Positions 9,711-19,849 of a stretch of 64,000 nucleotides of DNA are shown here, piece after piece. Position numbers and translations under genes: made by a program. The first letter of the stretch is position 1. Each line of letters opens with the position of its first letter. Origin of the DNA: Chitinophagales bacterium (lineage in GTDB: Bacteria; Bacteroidota; Bacteroidia; Chitinophagales; LD1). The notes below the pieces were generated by a model. That model worked only from the letters and a program-made list of their open reading frames with translations, was not told the DNA's origin and did no database searches. The stretch lies in contig JAHCHW010000010.1 in assembly GCA_026129525.1 (NCBI GenBank), positions 68,840 to 132,839 of the forward strand. Direction: 5' to 3'.

Positions 9711-11360
9711 ATGGCTAAATACATATTTGTTACCGGTGGAGTTACTTCATCGCTCGGAAAAGGAATTTTTGCCGCCTCCCTTGCCAAACTTCTTCAATCG
9801 AAAGGTTATCGCGTAACTATCCAGAAATTTGACCCCTATATTAACGTTGACCCCGGCACGCTGAACCCCTATGAGCACGGGGAATGCTATGTAACCGAGG
9901 ACGGTGCCGAAACCGATTTGGACTTAGGGCACTACGAGCGCTTTCTGAATATTCCTACTTCGCAGGCAAACAATGTTACTACCGGTAGGGTGTATCAAAC
10001 CGTTATCAATAAAGAGCGCGAAGGAGCTTACCTTGGTAAAACGGTGCAGGTAATTCCGCATATAACCGATGAAATTAAGCGCAGAATGTTGCTGCTGGGA
10101 CAAACCGGTGAGTTTGATATTGTGATTACCGAATTAGGCGGTACCGTGGGCGATATTGAGGCACAACCTTATGTAGAAACAGTTCGGCAGATTCGTTGGG
10201 AATTGGAAGAGCACGATACGCTTATCTGCCACCTTACCTTGCTTCCTTATCTGAAATCGGCTAAAGAATTAAAAACAAAACCTACGCAGCACTCAGTAAA
10301 AGAATTGCAGGCGTTGGGAGTAATGCCCGATATTTTGGTTTGCCGCACCGAACTCCCCCTTACAGATGACATTCGCAGAAAACTGGCGCTTTTCTGCAAT
10401 GTGGAGAAAAATGCCGTTATACAAGCACTTGATGTGGATACTATTTATCAGGTGCCCATCGAAATGCAGAAAGAACATTTGGATACTACCGTGCTGCAAA
10501 AACTGCAATTGCCCAGCGACCGCATAGGCGATTTAAGTAAATGGCATGTATTCTTAGATAAACTCCGCAACCCGCAAGGCGAAGTAAAAATTGGTTTGGT
10601 AGGAAAATATATTGAGTTGCAGGATGCGTATAAATCCATTCACGAATCGTTTATACAGGCAGGTGCCACCAATAATGTAAAAGTGATTGTAGAAGCAATA
10701 CACAGCGAGCATATTGATGAAGATAATGTGCAGCAAAAGTTGGGACACTTGCATGGTATATTGGTAGCCCCCGGGTTTGGTAACCGCGGCATTGAAGGAA
10801 AGATATCTGCCATTAAATATGTGCGTGAAAACAACATTCCGTTTTTCGGCATTTGCTTAGGTATGCAATGTGCAGTTATCGAATATGCACGCAATGTGCT
10901 GGGCATGCACGATGCTCATTCAACAGAAATGAATCCTGATACGAAGCATCCGGTAATTGATATGATGGAAGCGCAAAAGAAAATTGTGAACAAAGGGGGA
11001 ACAATGCGACTTGGTGCTTACGCCTGCCATTTAGAGCGAGGAAGTTTAGCCGAAAAACTTTACGGAGCCGAAAATATAAGTGAGCGCCACCGCCATCGCT
11101 ACGAGTTCAACAATACTTACCTCGAAAAGTTTGAAAACGCAGGCATGAAAGCTACGGGAAAAAATCCCGACAGCGGATTGGTAGAAATTGTAGAAATACC
11201 CCAACATCCGCATTTTATAGGCGTGCAGTTTCATCCCGAATTGAAAAGCACAGTTGATAATCCTCACCCGCTTTTTGTTGGCTTAGTGAAAGCCGCCATA
11301 CTGCACAAAACCGGTCTAAAAAAAACTTCTGACGTAAAAGGGAAGGCAGTAGAGGCTTAG
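9711..11360 (+). CDS. pyrG: CTP synthase
   Basis: 549 aa. MAKYIFVTGGVTSSLGKG N-terminus and a C-terminal glutamine amidotransferase domain (GICLGMQ, HRHRYEFN). Confidence 0.95.
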   Translation: MAKYIFVTGGVTSSLGKGIFAASLAKLLQSKGYRVTIQKFDPYINVDPGTLNPYEHGECYVTEDGAETDLDLGHYERFLNIPTSQANNVTTGRVYQTVINKEREGAYLGKTVQVIPHITDEIKRRMLLLGQTGEFDIVITELGGTVGDIEAQPYVETVRQIRWELEEHDTLICHLTLLPYLKSAKELKTKPTQHSVKELQALGVMPDILVCRTELPLTDDIRRKLALFCNVEKNAVIQALDVDTIYQVPIEMQKEHLDTTVLQKLQLPSDRIGDLSKWHVFLDKLRNPQGEVKIGLVGKYIELQDAYKSIHESFIQAGATNNVKVIVEAIHSEHIDEDNVQQKLGHLHGILVAPGFGNRGIEGKISAIKYVRENNIPFFGICLGMQCAVIEYARNVLGMHDAHSTEMNPDTKHPVIDMMEAQKKIVNKGGTMRLGAYACHLERGSLAEKLYGAENISERHRHRYEFNNTYLEKFENAGMKATGKNPDSGLVEIVEIPQHPHFIGVQFHPELKSTVDNPHPLFVGLVKAAILHKTGLKKTSDVKGKAVEA

Positions 11361-12934
11361 TCTTCTGCTTTAAAAACTACAAACGTGTTCTCCATCGGAC
11401 TCATCGCTTCCACAACATCCCGAACAAAAGCGGTAGAATAATAAGGGATAAAGTTTTCGACCCTCTCCTGCAGGTTATTTTGGGGGAACAACGTTTCCTT
11501 TAATGTGCGGATTTGATTAACCGTAGTTTCCTGTTTTCTCTTTTCAGCTTTCAGCATTTTGGCTTCCAGATTACCTAAGCCGGTTAAGGCTTTCAGTTTT
11601 TCGGTTTCTGTGCTTTGCTTCAAAGTAGTATCAATCCCCTCCGCCTTTTTTGCGATTTGAGCATAGAGCGCTTCAATCACTTTTTTTTCATCGGTAAGTG
11701 AATGCTCCTCTCCTGCATGCTGCTTTATGTAGTTTGTAATCAGTTGCTCTGTATCACCATAAAAATCGCGAACGCCTAAGTTTAGTTTTTGCAGTTTGCG
11801 TTCAACAGAAGTATTGATAATTACTGCTGAATTACGAAGTAACAGAACGGGATAATTAACCCGGTAGTAATCAAAAAGCGGCTTCAACTCCAGCCAATAA
11901 CTCAACTCGCCTCCTCCTCCTACAAAAGCCAAATTGGGCAATATCATTTCCTGAAAAAGCGGACGGTGAATAACGTTAGGGCTGAAGTTTTCAGGGCGGC
12001 TGCTTATCTCGTGTTTCAGTTGCTCTTTTGTAAAAGACAACCCGGTGTTGTTAACGGTATAGTGGTCAGATTCTTTGTTGTAAATAATTCGCTCGCGAAA
12101 ACCTTCTCCGAGGTAGAAGAAATTGATTTCGCGCGGCTGCGCCTGAACTTTGTAATTCTTGTCAAGAAAGCGAAGATTTTCCTGCAATACCTGCAATGCA
12201 CGAGAATTAAAAACTTCATCAACTATTACTTGAGCAAACAAATTTTTAAGTCGCTTATCGTCCTGGTCAATTACCACCAAACCGAAATCGCCAAACAGTT
12301 CATTCAAGAAATACTGTGTAAGTCTGCCGAACGAACTGAACTTTTTTATGCCTTCTTCCAATACGTTAACGAGAGGATTTTCTCCCATTAATTTCTTCAA
12401 CTCCGCTAACGGCTGTTGAACAACGGAAGCCGGTAACCTGCCAATGGTACCTTTGCCGCCTTCAAATTGAATTTTGGTTCCGTTAATGTATGCGTGGTTC
12501 AACTCTTCAATATCGTGGTCTTCGCTGCCGAGCCAGAAAACAGGGACAAAATTGTTTTGCGGATAGGCTTCTTTTAACTGTTGCGCTAAACGGATAGTAG
12601 CAGCTATCTTGTAAACGTTGTAAAGCGGACCGTGAAACAGACAAGGCTGATGTGCTGCCGTAACTGTAAACGTATTTTCATCGGCAAGCGAAGCAATATT
12701 GCCTTTAACTAATTCGAAAGAAGGAATTTCAGCATACTGCGATTGCAGTACTTCTACCAATACACTGCGATTGACGTTGCTTTTTGATTTATCGGCAATT
12801 GCCTGAGCAAAAGAAGATATATGCGGTTTGTATTGATAGAGATGAGTCAACTCGCTTTTACCGGTGATGTAATCGCGAATTAAAGGGGTAAGGTTGTTTG
12901 TTTCAGTAAGAGGAAAGGCTTGACAAACATTCAT
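11357..12934 (-). CDS. bshC: Bacillithiol biosynthesis cysteine-adding enzyme BshC (putative)
   Basis: 525 aa. Size and N-terminal pattern (LIRDYITGKSELTHLYQY) fit my recollection of Bacteroidota BshC; not verified by search. Confidence 0.7.
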   Translation of the reverse strand: MNVCQAFPLTETNNLTPLIRDYITGKSELTHLYQYKPHISSFAQAIADKSKSNVNRSVLVEVLQSQYAEIPSFELVKGNIASLADENTFTVTAAHQPCLFHGPLYNVYKIAATIRLAQQLKEAYPQNNFVPVFWLGSEDHDIEELNHAYINGTKIQFEGGKGTIGRLPASVVQQPLAELKKLMGENPLVNVLEEGIKKFSSFGRLTQYFLNELFGDFGLVVIDQDDKRLKNLFAQVIVDEVFNSRALQVLQENLRFLDKNYKVQAQPREINFFYLGEGFRERIIYNKESDHYTVNNTGLSFTKEQLKHEISSRPENFSPNVIHRPLFQEMILPNLAFVGGGGELSYWLELKPLFDYYRVNYPVLLLRNSAVIINTSVERKLQKLNLGVRDFYGDTEQLITNYIKQHAGEEHSLTDEKKVIEALYAQIAKKAEGIDTTLKQSTETEKLKALTGLGNLEAKMLKAEKRKQETTVNQIRTLKETLFPQNNLQERVENFIPYYSTAFVRDVVEAMSPMENTFVVFKAED

Positions 12935-12939
12935 CGGTG

Positions 12940-14253
12940 TTAGCTAACTACTTCGCCATACAAATCAAACTCCTCTGCACTTACAATTTTTACATCGGCA
13001 AAGTCGCCCACGCGCACATAGTTTTTGCGTGCATCAACCAATACTTCATTGTCCACTTCGGGGGAATCGTATTCCGTTCTGCCGATAAAATAACCGCCTT
13101 CTTTGCGATCGAAAAGCACTTTAAATGTTTTACCGATTTTTTGCCGGTTTAACTCTCGCGAAATTTCTTCCTGAACACTCATCAACTCGGCAGCACGTTC
13201 TTGCTTCAATTCATCGGATACATCATCGGGTAGCTGATAGCCCCTAGTGTTCTCTTCGTGCGAATAGGTAAATACCCCCAACCTTTCAAATTTTGTTTCC
13301 TCTACAAACTGTTTCATCTCTTCAAAATCCTGTTCACTTTCGCCCGGGAAACCAACCAGCATAGTTGTTCGCAGTGCAATGTCCGGAACTTTTTTGCGAA
13401 TGGCTTCTATCAACTTTTCCGTTTCCGTCCTTGTTATGTTTCTACGCATCGCACTCAACATTTTATCCGAAGCGTGCTGCAGCGGCATATCGAGATAGTT
13501 GCACACTTTTTTATTAGCAGCTATGGCATCGGCAATTTCCATAGGAAACTGTGCAGGGTAGGCATAATGCAATCGCAGCCACTCAATACCTTCTACTTCT
13601 GAAAGTGCTTCTAATAATTCCGGCAACCTGCGCTTTTTGTAAATATCTAATCCGTAAAAAGTGAGTTCCTGTGCTATCAGCATTATTTCCTTTACTCCCT
13701 TTGCCGCAAGCAATTTTGCTTCTGTAACCAGTTCCTCAACCGATCGCGAAACATGCTTGCCCCGCATAAGCGGAATAGCGCAAAACGAACAAGTGCGGTT
13801 GCAGCCTTCCGAAATTTTCATGTAAGCATAATGTACCGGTGTGGTAAGCAACCGCTCGCCTACCAACTCATGCTTGTAATCAACTTTAAGTGTTTTGAGC
13901 AGCCGCGGCAATTCGTTGGTGCCGAAAAACGCATCTACTTCCGGAATCTCTTCTTCCAGATTATCCTTATACCGGTGCGAAAGGCAACCCGTAACATACA
14001 ACTTCTCAATTTTGCCTTCGCCTTTCGCTTCGGCATATTCCATAATGGTGTTGATGGATTCTTCCTTGGCGCGGTCAATAAAACCGCAGGTGTTCACTAT
14101 CACTATGTTTCTTCCCCTGCTCCATTTGTCGTGCTGCACATCGTAGCCGCCATGCTGTAATTGGTTCATCAGCACCTCGCTGTCCACTAAATTTTTTGAG
14201 CAGCCGAGCGTAATAACCGATACTTTATCGCGCTTAATGGATTTTGTTTTCAT
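12940..14253 (-). CDS. rimO: Ribosomal protein S12 methylthiotransferase RimO
   Basis: 437 aa. N-terminal MTTase domain (VITLGCSKN), radical-SAM CxxxCxxC (CNRTCSFCAIP), and a C-terminal TRAM domain. Confidence 0.9.
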   Translation of the reverse strand: MKTKSIKRDKVSVITLGCSKNLVDSEVLMNQLQHGGYDVQHDKWSRGRNIVIVNTCGFIDRAKEESINTIMEYAEAKGEGKIEKLYVTGCLSHRYKDNLEEEIPEVDAFFGTNELPRLLKTLKVDYKHELVGERLLTTPVHYAYMKISEGCNRTCSFCAIPLMRGKHVSRSVEELVTEAKLLAAKGVKEIMLIAQELTFYGLDIYKKRRLPELLEALSEVEGIEWLRLHYAYPAQFPMEIADAIAANKKVCNYLDMPLQHASDKMLSAMRRNITRTETEKLIEAIRKKVPDIALRTTMLVGFPGESEQDFEEMKQFVEETKFERLGVFTYSHEENTRGYQLPDDVSDELKQERAAELMSVQEEISRELNRQKIGKTFKVLFDRKEGGYFIGRTEYDSPEVDNEVLVDARKNYVRVGDFADVKIVSAEEFDLYGEVVS

Positions 14254-14257
14254 GGTA

Positions 14258-15010
14258 CTACTTCATACCCCCAAGTTGGCTTCCTAAATTAAGGAGAGGA
14301 TTGCCGGGAGTAACTTCGGTTAATTCTTTGAACTTTGGAATGGCAAATTCTTCATCCTTTAAACTCATGCTTTGAATTTCTATGGCTGTTGCCGTAATGT
14401 TTACAAAGCCTGTTTCAAGACTGTATTTGAGTGGCAATGCTTTTGCCTTTGCTGTATAAACATCGAACGCCTGATACTTGTGTGATTTAAAATGCTCGGG
14501 ATTGATAACACCGGTGGCACTGTTATACCAGGTTGTGGTAGTATAACCTGCATCGGTTGCCAGTAACGAAGTGCAACTCTTACCAAGAATGGTTGCTTTC
14601 TTGTTGCTTACTTCATATTTTTCCGGACAACCTTCTTCTTTCTGCTTTACCGAAAAATAGGTGGCTTCTTCTTTTACCGGGTCGTAGTTGTAGAGAAGAC
14701 CCTTTTTCTTATCGAAATATTGCAATACCTCTACTCCCAAAACCGGAAATTTCATTAGCGATTTATAACTCCCGTTTTTGTAGAAGTACTCCTGTTTTAT
14801 TACCAGCATCGAATCCATTGTATGTCTGAAATCTGCCAATGCCTTCTCCTTTTCAGCTTGAGTGAGTGTATCCATAAACATCAGCATCATTTGTTCCAAA
14901 AACGGCATCTCCATTTTTACATCGTACACAATTTTGCCTTCAAACTCTTTTTGTGCATGCAGAGTTAATGACAGCAGCAATCCTATAAATACAACAACTC
15001 GCTTTTTCAT
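14258..15010 (-). CDS. Secreted hypothetical protein
   Basis: 250 aa with a signal peptide (LLLSLTLHAQ). Its start overlaps the ftsY stop by 4 nt. Confidence 0.5.
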   Translation of the reverse strand: MKKRVVVFIGLLLSLTLHAQKEFEGKIVYDVKMEMPFLEQMMLMFMDTLTQAEKEKALADFRHTMDSMLVIKQEYFYKNGSYKSLMKFPVLGVEVLQYFDKKKGLLYNYDPVKEEATYFSVKQKEEGCPEKYEVSNKKATILGKSCTSLLATDAGYTTTTWYNSATGVINPEHFKSHKYQAFDVYTAKAKALPLKYSLETGFVNITATAIEIQSMSLKDEEFAIPKFKELTEVTPGNPLLNLGSQLGGMK

Positions 15011-15966
15011 ACGCTCGATTTAAATAAACTTTCTACAAACAACTTTTTATTAAACACCTGCAATTTATCAATCTGCTCCCCTACACCAATATATTTAACC
15101 GGAATATGAAACTGGTCGGAAATACCCAACACCACACCTCCCTTTGCCGTGCCGTCTAATTTGGTAATTGCCAAAGCCGTAACCTGTGTAGCTGCCGTAA
15201 ATTGCTTTGCCTGTTCAATGGCGTTTTGCCCGGTTGAGCCATCCAGCACCAACAATACTTCGTGCGGAGCATCGGGAATTACCTTCTGCATTACCCTCCG
15301 GATTTTTGTTAACTCATTCATCAGGTCAACGCGGTTGTGCAGGCGACCGGCTGTGTCAATTATTACCACATCTGCCTCCGTAGCTATTCCGCGCTCCAAT
15401 GCCTGATAGGCTACCGAAGCAGGGTCGGCATTGTGATGTCCGCGCACCATTTCTACATCGGAGCGCTTCGACCAAACTTCCAACTGGTCAACAGCCGCAG
15501 CACGGAAAGTATCGGCAGCGCCCAACAACACCTTTTTACCGTTGTTTTTAAACTGATAAGCCAACTTGCCTATGGTGGTGGTTTTCCCTGCTCCGTTTAC
15601 ACCCACTACCATCAGTACATAAGGCTTTTTCCCTTCGGGCGTGTCGAAATTCTCTACATCCTCATTTTTATTCTCGGCAAGTATTCCTTCAATCTCTTCT
15701 TTAATAAGTTGGTTGAGTTCGGCTGTAGAAACGTATTTATCTTTTGAAGCCCGCGCTTCTATGCGCTTGATAATTTTAATGGTAGTATCCAAACCCACAT
15801 CGCTCGAAACAAGTGCTTCTTCGAGGTTGTCGAGCACTTCGTCATCTACCTTGCTTTTGCCGGCAACAGCGCGGGTAATACGCGAAAGGAAACCCTCCTT
15901 GGTTTTCTCCAAGCCCTTCTCCAGGTCTTCTTTCTTTTCTTTTGTAAAAAAACTGAACAGTCCCAT
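15007..15966 (-). CDS. ftsY: Signal recognition particle receptor FtsY
   Basis: 319 aa. SRP GTPase motifs GVNGAGKTTT, DTAGR, TKLDG. Confidence 0.9.
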   Translation of the reverse strand: MGLFSFFTKEKKEDLEKGLEKTKEGFLSRITRAVAGKSKVDDEVLDNLEEALVSSDVGLDTTIKIIKRIEARASKDKYVSTAELNQLIKEEIEGILAENKNEDVENFDTPEGKKPYVLMVVGVNGAGKTTTIGKLAYQFKNNGKKVLLGAADTFRAAAVDQLEVWSKRSDVEMVRGHHNADPASVAYQALERGIATEADVVIIDTAGRLHNRVDLMNELTKIRRVMQKVIPDAPHEVLLVLDGSTGQNAIEQAKQFTAATQVTALAITKLDGTAKGGVVLGISDQFHIPVKYIGVGEQIDKLQVFNKKLFVESLFKSSV

Positions 15967-16028
15967 AGCTTAAAATAAAAAAGCATCACTCAATGTGAAT
16001 GATGCTTTAAATTATTAACCAAAGTAGA

Positions 16029-16199
16029 TTACACTTCTTTACCTGCCAGATAATCCTGCACCTTGTCTTTGTGCACAATTTTTTCGAGGAAAGAATAGTT
16101 GTTCGCTTTTGATTTAACCGCCTTAATCACTTTTACGTAATCTTTAGAACCGGCTTGTGCCTGACGGTTGGTTTTCGCGTTCTTTGAAATTTTTGCCAT
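16029..16199 (-). CDS. Small basic protein (DUF4295-like), not in the ORF track
   Basis: Hand translation: MAKISKNAKTNRQAQAGSKDYVKVIKAVKSKANNYSFLEKIVHKDKVQDYLAGKEV (56 aa). Sits between rpmG and ftsY, as I recall for this family in Bacteroidota. Confidence 0.6.
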   Translation of the reverse strand: MAKISKNAKTNRQAQAGSKDYVKVIKAVKSKANNYSFLEKIVHKDKVQDYLAGKEV

Positions 16200-16207
16200 A
16201 GCGCTTG

Positions 16208-16396
16208 TTATTTAATCTCTTTGTGAACAGTTACTTTTTTAAGAAACGGGTTGTATTTCTTCAACTCGAGTCTCTCGGTAGTAGTCTTACGATTTTTGTA
16301 AGTCATATAGCGGCTCATGCCCGGAACATTCGTGTCTTTCTGTTCGGTGCACTCCAGTATAACTTGTATGCGGTTGCCTTTGCTTTTCTTTGCCAT
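16208..16396 (-). CDS. rpmG: 50S ribosomal protein L33
   Basis: 62 aa, [18 protein letters not shown]...YMTYKNRK. Confidence 0.95.
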   Translation of the reverse strand: MAKKSKGNRIQVILECTEQKDTNVPGMSRYMTYKNRKTTTERLELKKYNPFLKKVTVHKEIK

Positions 16397-16415
16397 GGCT
16401 CTTAGTTTCTACGGT

Positions 16416-16658
16416 TTAGTTCAATTTAATTTCGCCTTTCTTGCTCAGTTCTTTCAGGTAAGCGTAAATACCTTTTTTGTTGATGGTACGCAACGCAGCA
16501 ACCGATATTTTCAACTCTACCCACTCATCCAACTCAGGGATATAGAACTTTTTCTTTTTCAGGTTAGGCACAAACTTGCGCTTGGTTTTACGGTTCGAGT
16601 GCGACACGTAATGACCCGACATGGGGCGCTTACCTGTTAATTCACATACCTTCGACAT
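16416..16658 (-). CDS. rpmB: 50S ribosomal protein L28
   Basis: 80 aa, [29 protein letters not shown]. Confidence 0.95.
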   Translation of the reverse strand: MSKVCELTGKRPMSGHYVSHSNRKTKRKFVPNLKKKKFYIPELDEWVELKISVAALRTINKKGIYAYLKELSKKGEIKLN

Positions 16659-16758
16659 GCTTTTTCAATTTTGGGAGCGCAAATATGGGTTTATTATCCC
16701 GAAATTCCAAAAAGGTTTTGAATGTGTTTGAGAATTGAGTATCAGCCCCATCAAACAA

Positions 16759-16806
16759 AAGCCACCGATGCACAGATTAACCGGTTAATCTGGGTATTGG
16801 TGGCTT
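16759..16806 (-). terminator. Intrinsic terminator after the PKD-domain gene
   Basis: Long hairpin aagccaccgat...attggtggctt enclosing the perfect palindrome cagattaaccggttaatctg, followed on the minus strand by TTTTGTTT. Confidence 0.6.
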
Positions 16807-16816
16807 AAAATCAGTT

Positions 16817-19219
16817 TTACTTGCTCACCGTAAACCTGCCCAGCGTTTTGCGCTCACCGGCTGAGGAAGTTATTATGGCTACATACATACCGTTGGCTAA
16901 ATCGGCAACGCTGAAGTGTACCATTTTGCTGTGGTTGTTCCTCACCGCCTTCACCTTCTCTCCTAAGGCATTGTAAACCTCTATTGACGCGTAACTACGG
17001 GTAATCTCCTCTTCGTTTTTGCTCATATCAATGGTAAGCACATTGCCTGCAGGGTTGGGGTAAAAAGAAATGTTAGAGAGATGTGGTTCTTGTATATCCA
17101 CACATGCAAAGTTCAGTGTGTCGCAGAAATAATCGGTTTTGCACTGATTAGAAACCTGCAAGCAAACAGACCCCCAAAAATAACCTGATGTGAAATCCAA
17201 GTAATACAAGGTATCCGAAGTTAATGTATCAGTTTTTACACTGCCAAATTCATGTACTGTCCAAGTGCTAGAGGTATAATTCTGCGAACTGTTAAACACC
17301 GTTAACTGTGTGCAGTAATAAAAAGCAGTGAATTTATCAAAGTATGCAACAGGTTCATAAGCCGGATTAGGCAACACATTCACCATCACTTCGGCAGTAT
17401 CGCACAATCCATCGGGGTCGCAAATAGAATAGTAGAAAGTTTGTAAGCCCGTAAAGCAGGTGTCGCTTATGTAGTAAATGTCTGTGCACGGAGTACCCGG
17501 GTTAATCATAACTGAGTTGCTTCCCCAAACTGAGTTAACGCATAGGTTATCGTTATTTGGGTCAGTATCATTAGCTCCAACTACAAATACAATACCTGTT
17601 GCCTGTAATACGCTAAACGAATCGTTCACCGCCACAGGTGGCAAATTGAGCACATTAACGGTAAACACCACCATGCCGGTATCGCACAACACAGGGGTGC
17701 CGTTATCGCAAATAATATAGTAGCAGGTATCGTTGCCGCTAAAGCTGCTGTCGGGTTCGTATAAAATCATGTCGCAGCTGCCACCAATATACTCAGTGGC
17801 ATAGGGCGAACCCCACACGGCTGTCATGCAAATATTATCGCCATCAGGGTCCACATCATTAGTCGCTACATGGAAGATGGTGCTACTGCCACCTGTTACC
17901 GTATAAGCATCGTTTACAGCAACAGGTGCATTATTAACAGCGCTAATGCCACTTACCACCACATTCTTGCAAATTTGATTACTGCCGGCTGTGTTCGATG
18001 CGGTTAAGCAAACATTGTAGGTATTGTTGGCAGCATAAACGTGGTTAGGATTCTGGGCGGTTGAGGTTCCACCATCGCCAAAGGTCCAACTCCACTGCGT
18101 GGGGGTGTTGGTGCTTTGGTCGGTAAAACTCACAAAGCCTCCGCTTACGTTGTTCCAGCTAAAGTTTGCCACCGGTGTAACAGGAATATTTGTAATGGTT
18201 ACCTGTTTGCAAACCTGTACGCTGCTGCCGCCTGCATTGGTGGCAGTAAGGCATACGTTATAGTTGCCGTTGGCTGCGTAGGTATGCGAAGGGTTTTGCT
18301 GGGTAGAAGTACCGCCATCGCCAAATGTCCAAGCCCATGAAGTGGGGTAACCATCCGAAGCATCGGTAAAGTTGACTACCCCATTGGCAGCATACGCAAA
18401 GGTAAAGTCGGCCACGGGTGGTGTGGGTGGAATCATGCTCCAACTTACCGATTGCAACACATTGGCGCTATCGTAGTTAAAGTTAAGTACACTTCCTTTA
18501 GCTTCAAGCGTTAGATAACTATACCGGATGGTAGTAGTTGTAGTGTTTGAAACAGTTGTCCAAAAGGGTGGGATGATTTGCGCTTCGACCAGGGATGTGG
18601 TAGTTTCTTTTCGTTGCTTACGAAGGCACTTGTAAGCACCAACGGGCGTGATTACTTTGCCCCAACCATCAATAGTGTCGGTATAATTAGTAGTGTTGGT
18701 TAAGCGAACTTGGCTAACCGAAGGCTGGCAAACCTGACTGCCCGGTACCGTTTTTTGCAGATGTGCCGCTCCGCTAAAGGTAGTTCCGTAAACAGTAGGA
18801 AACTTTATTAAATCGGGCTTTTGCCCGGAGGTATAAGCGGCAGAAACCGTTTGCCCGGGGCACAACTGCCCTTCAAACCCTTCAAGTGTCAGTTTTGTAT
18901 TAGGGGTATCAGTATTGGTAAGCAAGAAATTTACACCATCAAGTGTAGTAGCAACATCGGCATTGGGGCAGGTGCTTTTCTGTGCACTTGTAGGAATTCT
19001 GTATTCGATTGTATCGTATTTCCATAACACCAAGTTGCTGAAATCGTACACCTGATTGGGTCCTTTATTACCGAAGTTGATAGCAGGTAATGGAAAAGTA
19101 TCAATGGCAATGCGCTGGATTTGCCCCGCTACGGGAGCATTGTTCATGTTAAAGGTGATGGGGTTTTGTGCAGAAATAAAGTTATAGCACAAAAGAAATA
19201 AGGGTAGCAGTTTCTTCAT
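16817..19219 (-). CDS. PKD- and cadherin-like-repeat surface protein with T9SS type-A C-terminal domain
   Basis: 800 aa. Two tandem PKD modules (WxFGDGGTSTxQNPxHxYAANxxYNVCLTA), two VAVND...NDxDPxxDN repeats, and a C-terminal FYPNPAGNVLTIDM...GMYVAIIT Por tail. Confidence 0.85.
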   Translation of the reverse strand: MKKLLPLFLLCYNFISAQNPITFNMNNAPVAGQIQRIAIDTFPLPAINFGNKGPNQVYDFSNLVLWKYDTIEYRIPTSAQKSTCPNADVATTLDGVNFLLTNTDTPNTKLTLEGFEGQLCPGQTVSAAYTSGQKPDLIKFPTVYGTTFSGAAHLQKTVPGSQVCQPSVSQVRLTNTTNYTDTIDGWGKVITPVGAYKCLRKQRKETTTSLVEAQIIPPFWTTVSNTTTTTIRYSYLTLEAKGSVLNFNYDSANVLQSVSWSMIPPTPPVADFTFAYAANGVVNFTDASDGYPTSWAWTFGDGGTSTQQNPSHTYAANGNYNVCLTATNAGGSSVQVCKQVTITNIPVTPVANFSWNNVSGGFVSFTDQSTNTPTQWSWTFGDGGTSTAQNPNHVYAANNTYNVCLTASNTAGSNQICKNVVVSGISAVNNAPVAVNDAYTVTGGSSTIFHVATNDVDPDGDNICMTAVWGSPYATEYIGGSCDMILYEPDSSFSGNDTCYYIICDNGTPVLCDTGMVVFTVNVLNLPPVAVNDSFSVLQATGIVFVVGANDTDPNNDNLCVNSVWGSNSVMINPGTPCTDIYYISDTCFTGLQTFYYSICDPDGLCDTAEVMVNVLPNPAYEPVAYFDKFTAFYYCTQLTVFNSSQNYTSSTWTVHEFGSVKTDTLTSDTLYYLDFTSGYFWGSVCLQVSNQCKTDYFCDTLNFACVDIQEPHLSNISFYPNPAGNVLTIDMSKNEEEITRSYASIEVYNALGEKVKAVRNNHSKMVHFSVADLANGMYVAIITSSAGERKTLGRFTVSK

Positions 19220-19327
19220 TTTGCTTTACTTGGTTTGGGATAAAACTAAAAAAATACTGAAAGGCGAAACGAAGTGCTGTGGAAAAATGACAGTAGTATG
19301 ACAATTAGGAGATGGTTCTGAAGTAGT

Positions 19328-19849
19328 TTACTCCTTATCAAATTCGTTTCGGTACCCCGCAATTTTTATTTCGCGGATACTGTTTTGCACTTTGCTTTTG
19401 AGTTCTTCTTTGTAGGCAGAAAGTTTAGAAGCGACATCTGCATCAAATGTGGCTATAATTTGCGCAGAAATAATGCCTGCATTTTTTGCTCCATTCAATG
19501 CTACGGTTGCCACAGGCACTCCGGCAGGCATTTGCAAAATGGAGAGAACAGAGTCCCACCCGTCAATAGAGTTGGATGATTTAACCGGAACACCTATAAC
19601 CGGTAGCGTGGTAATACTTGCCACCATGCCGGGTAAATGAGCAGCGCCTCCGGCTCCTGCAATTATCACTTTCAGCCCTCGTTCACGTGCGGTTTCGGCA
19701 TACTCAACCATACGATGCGGTGTGCGATGGGCACTTACTACTGTCAGTTCAAATTCTACACCCAAATGCCCCAGCACTTCTGCCGCTTCGTGCATAATTT
19801 TCAAATCGCTTTCGCTGCCCATTATAATTCCTACCAAAGGTTTGCTCAT
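19328..19849 (-). CDS. purE: 5-(carboxyamino)imidazole ribonucleotide mutase
   Basis: 173 aa, IIMGSESDL...[10 protein letters not shown]. Confidence 0.95.
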   Translation of the reverse strand: MSKPLVGIIMGSESDLKIMHEAAEVLGHLGVEFELTVVSAHRTPHRMVEYAETARERGLKVIIAGAGGAAHLPGMVASITTLPVIGVPVKSSNSIDGWDSVLSILQMPAGVPVATVALNGAKNAGIISAQIIATFDADVASKLSAYKEELKSKVQNSIREIKIAGYRNEFDKE

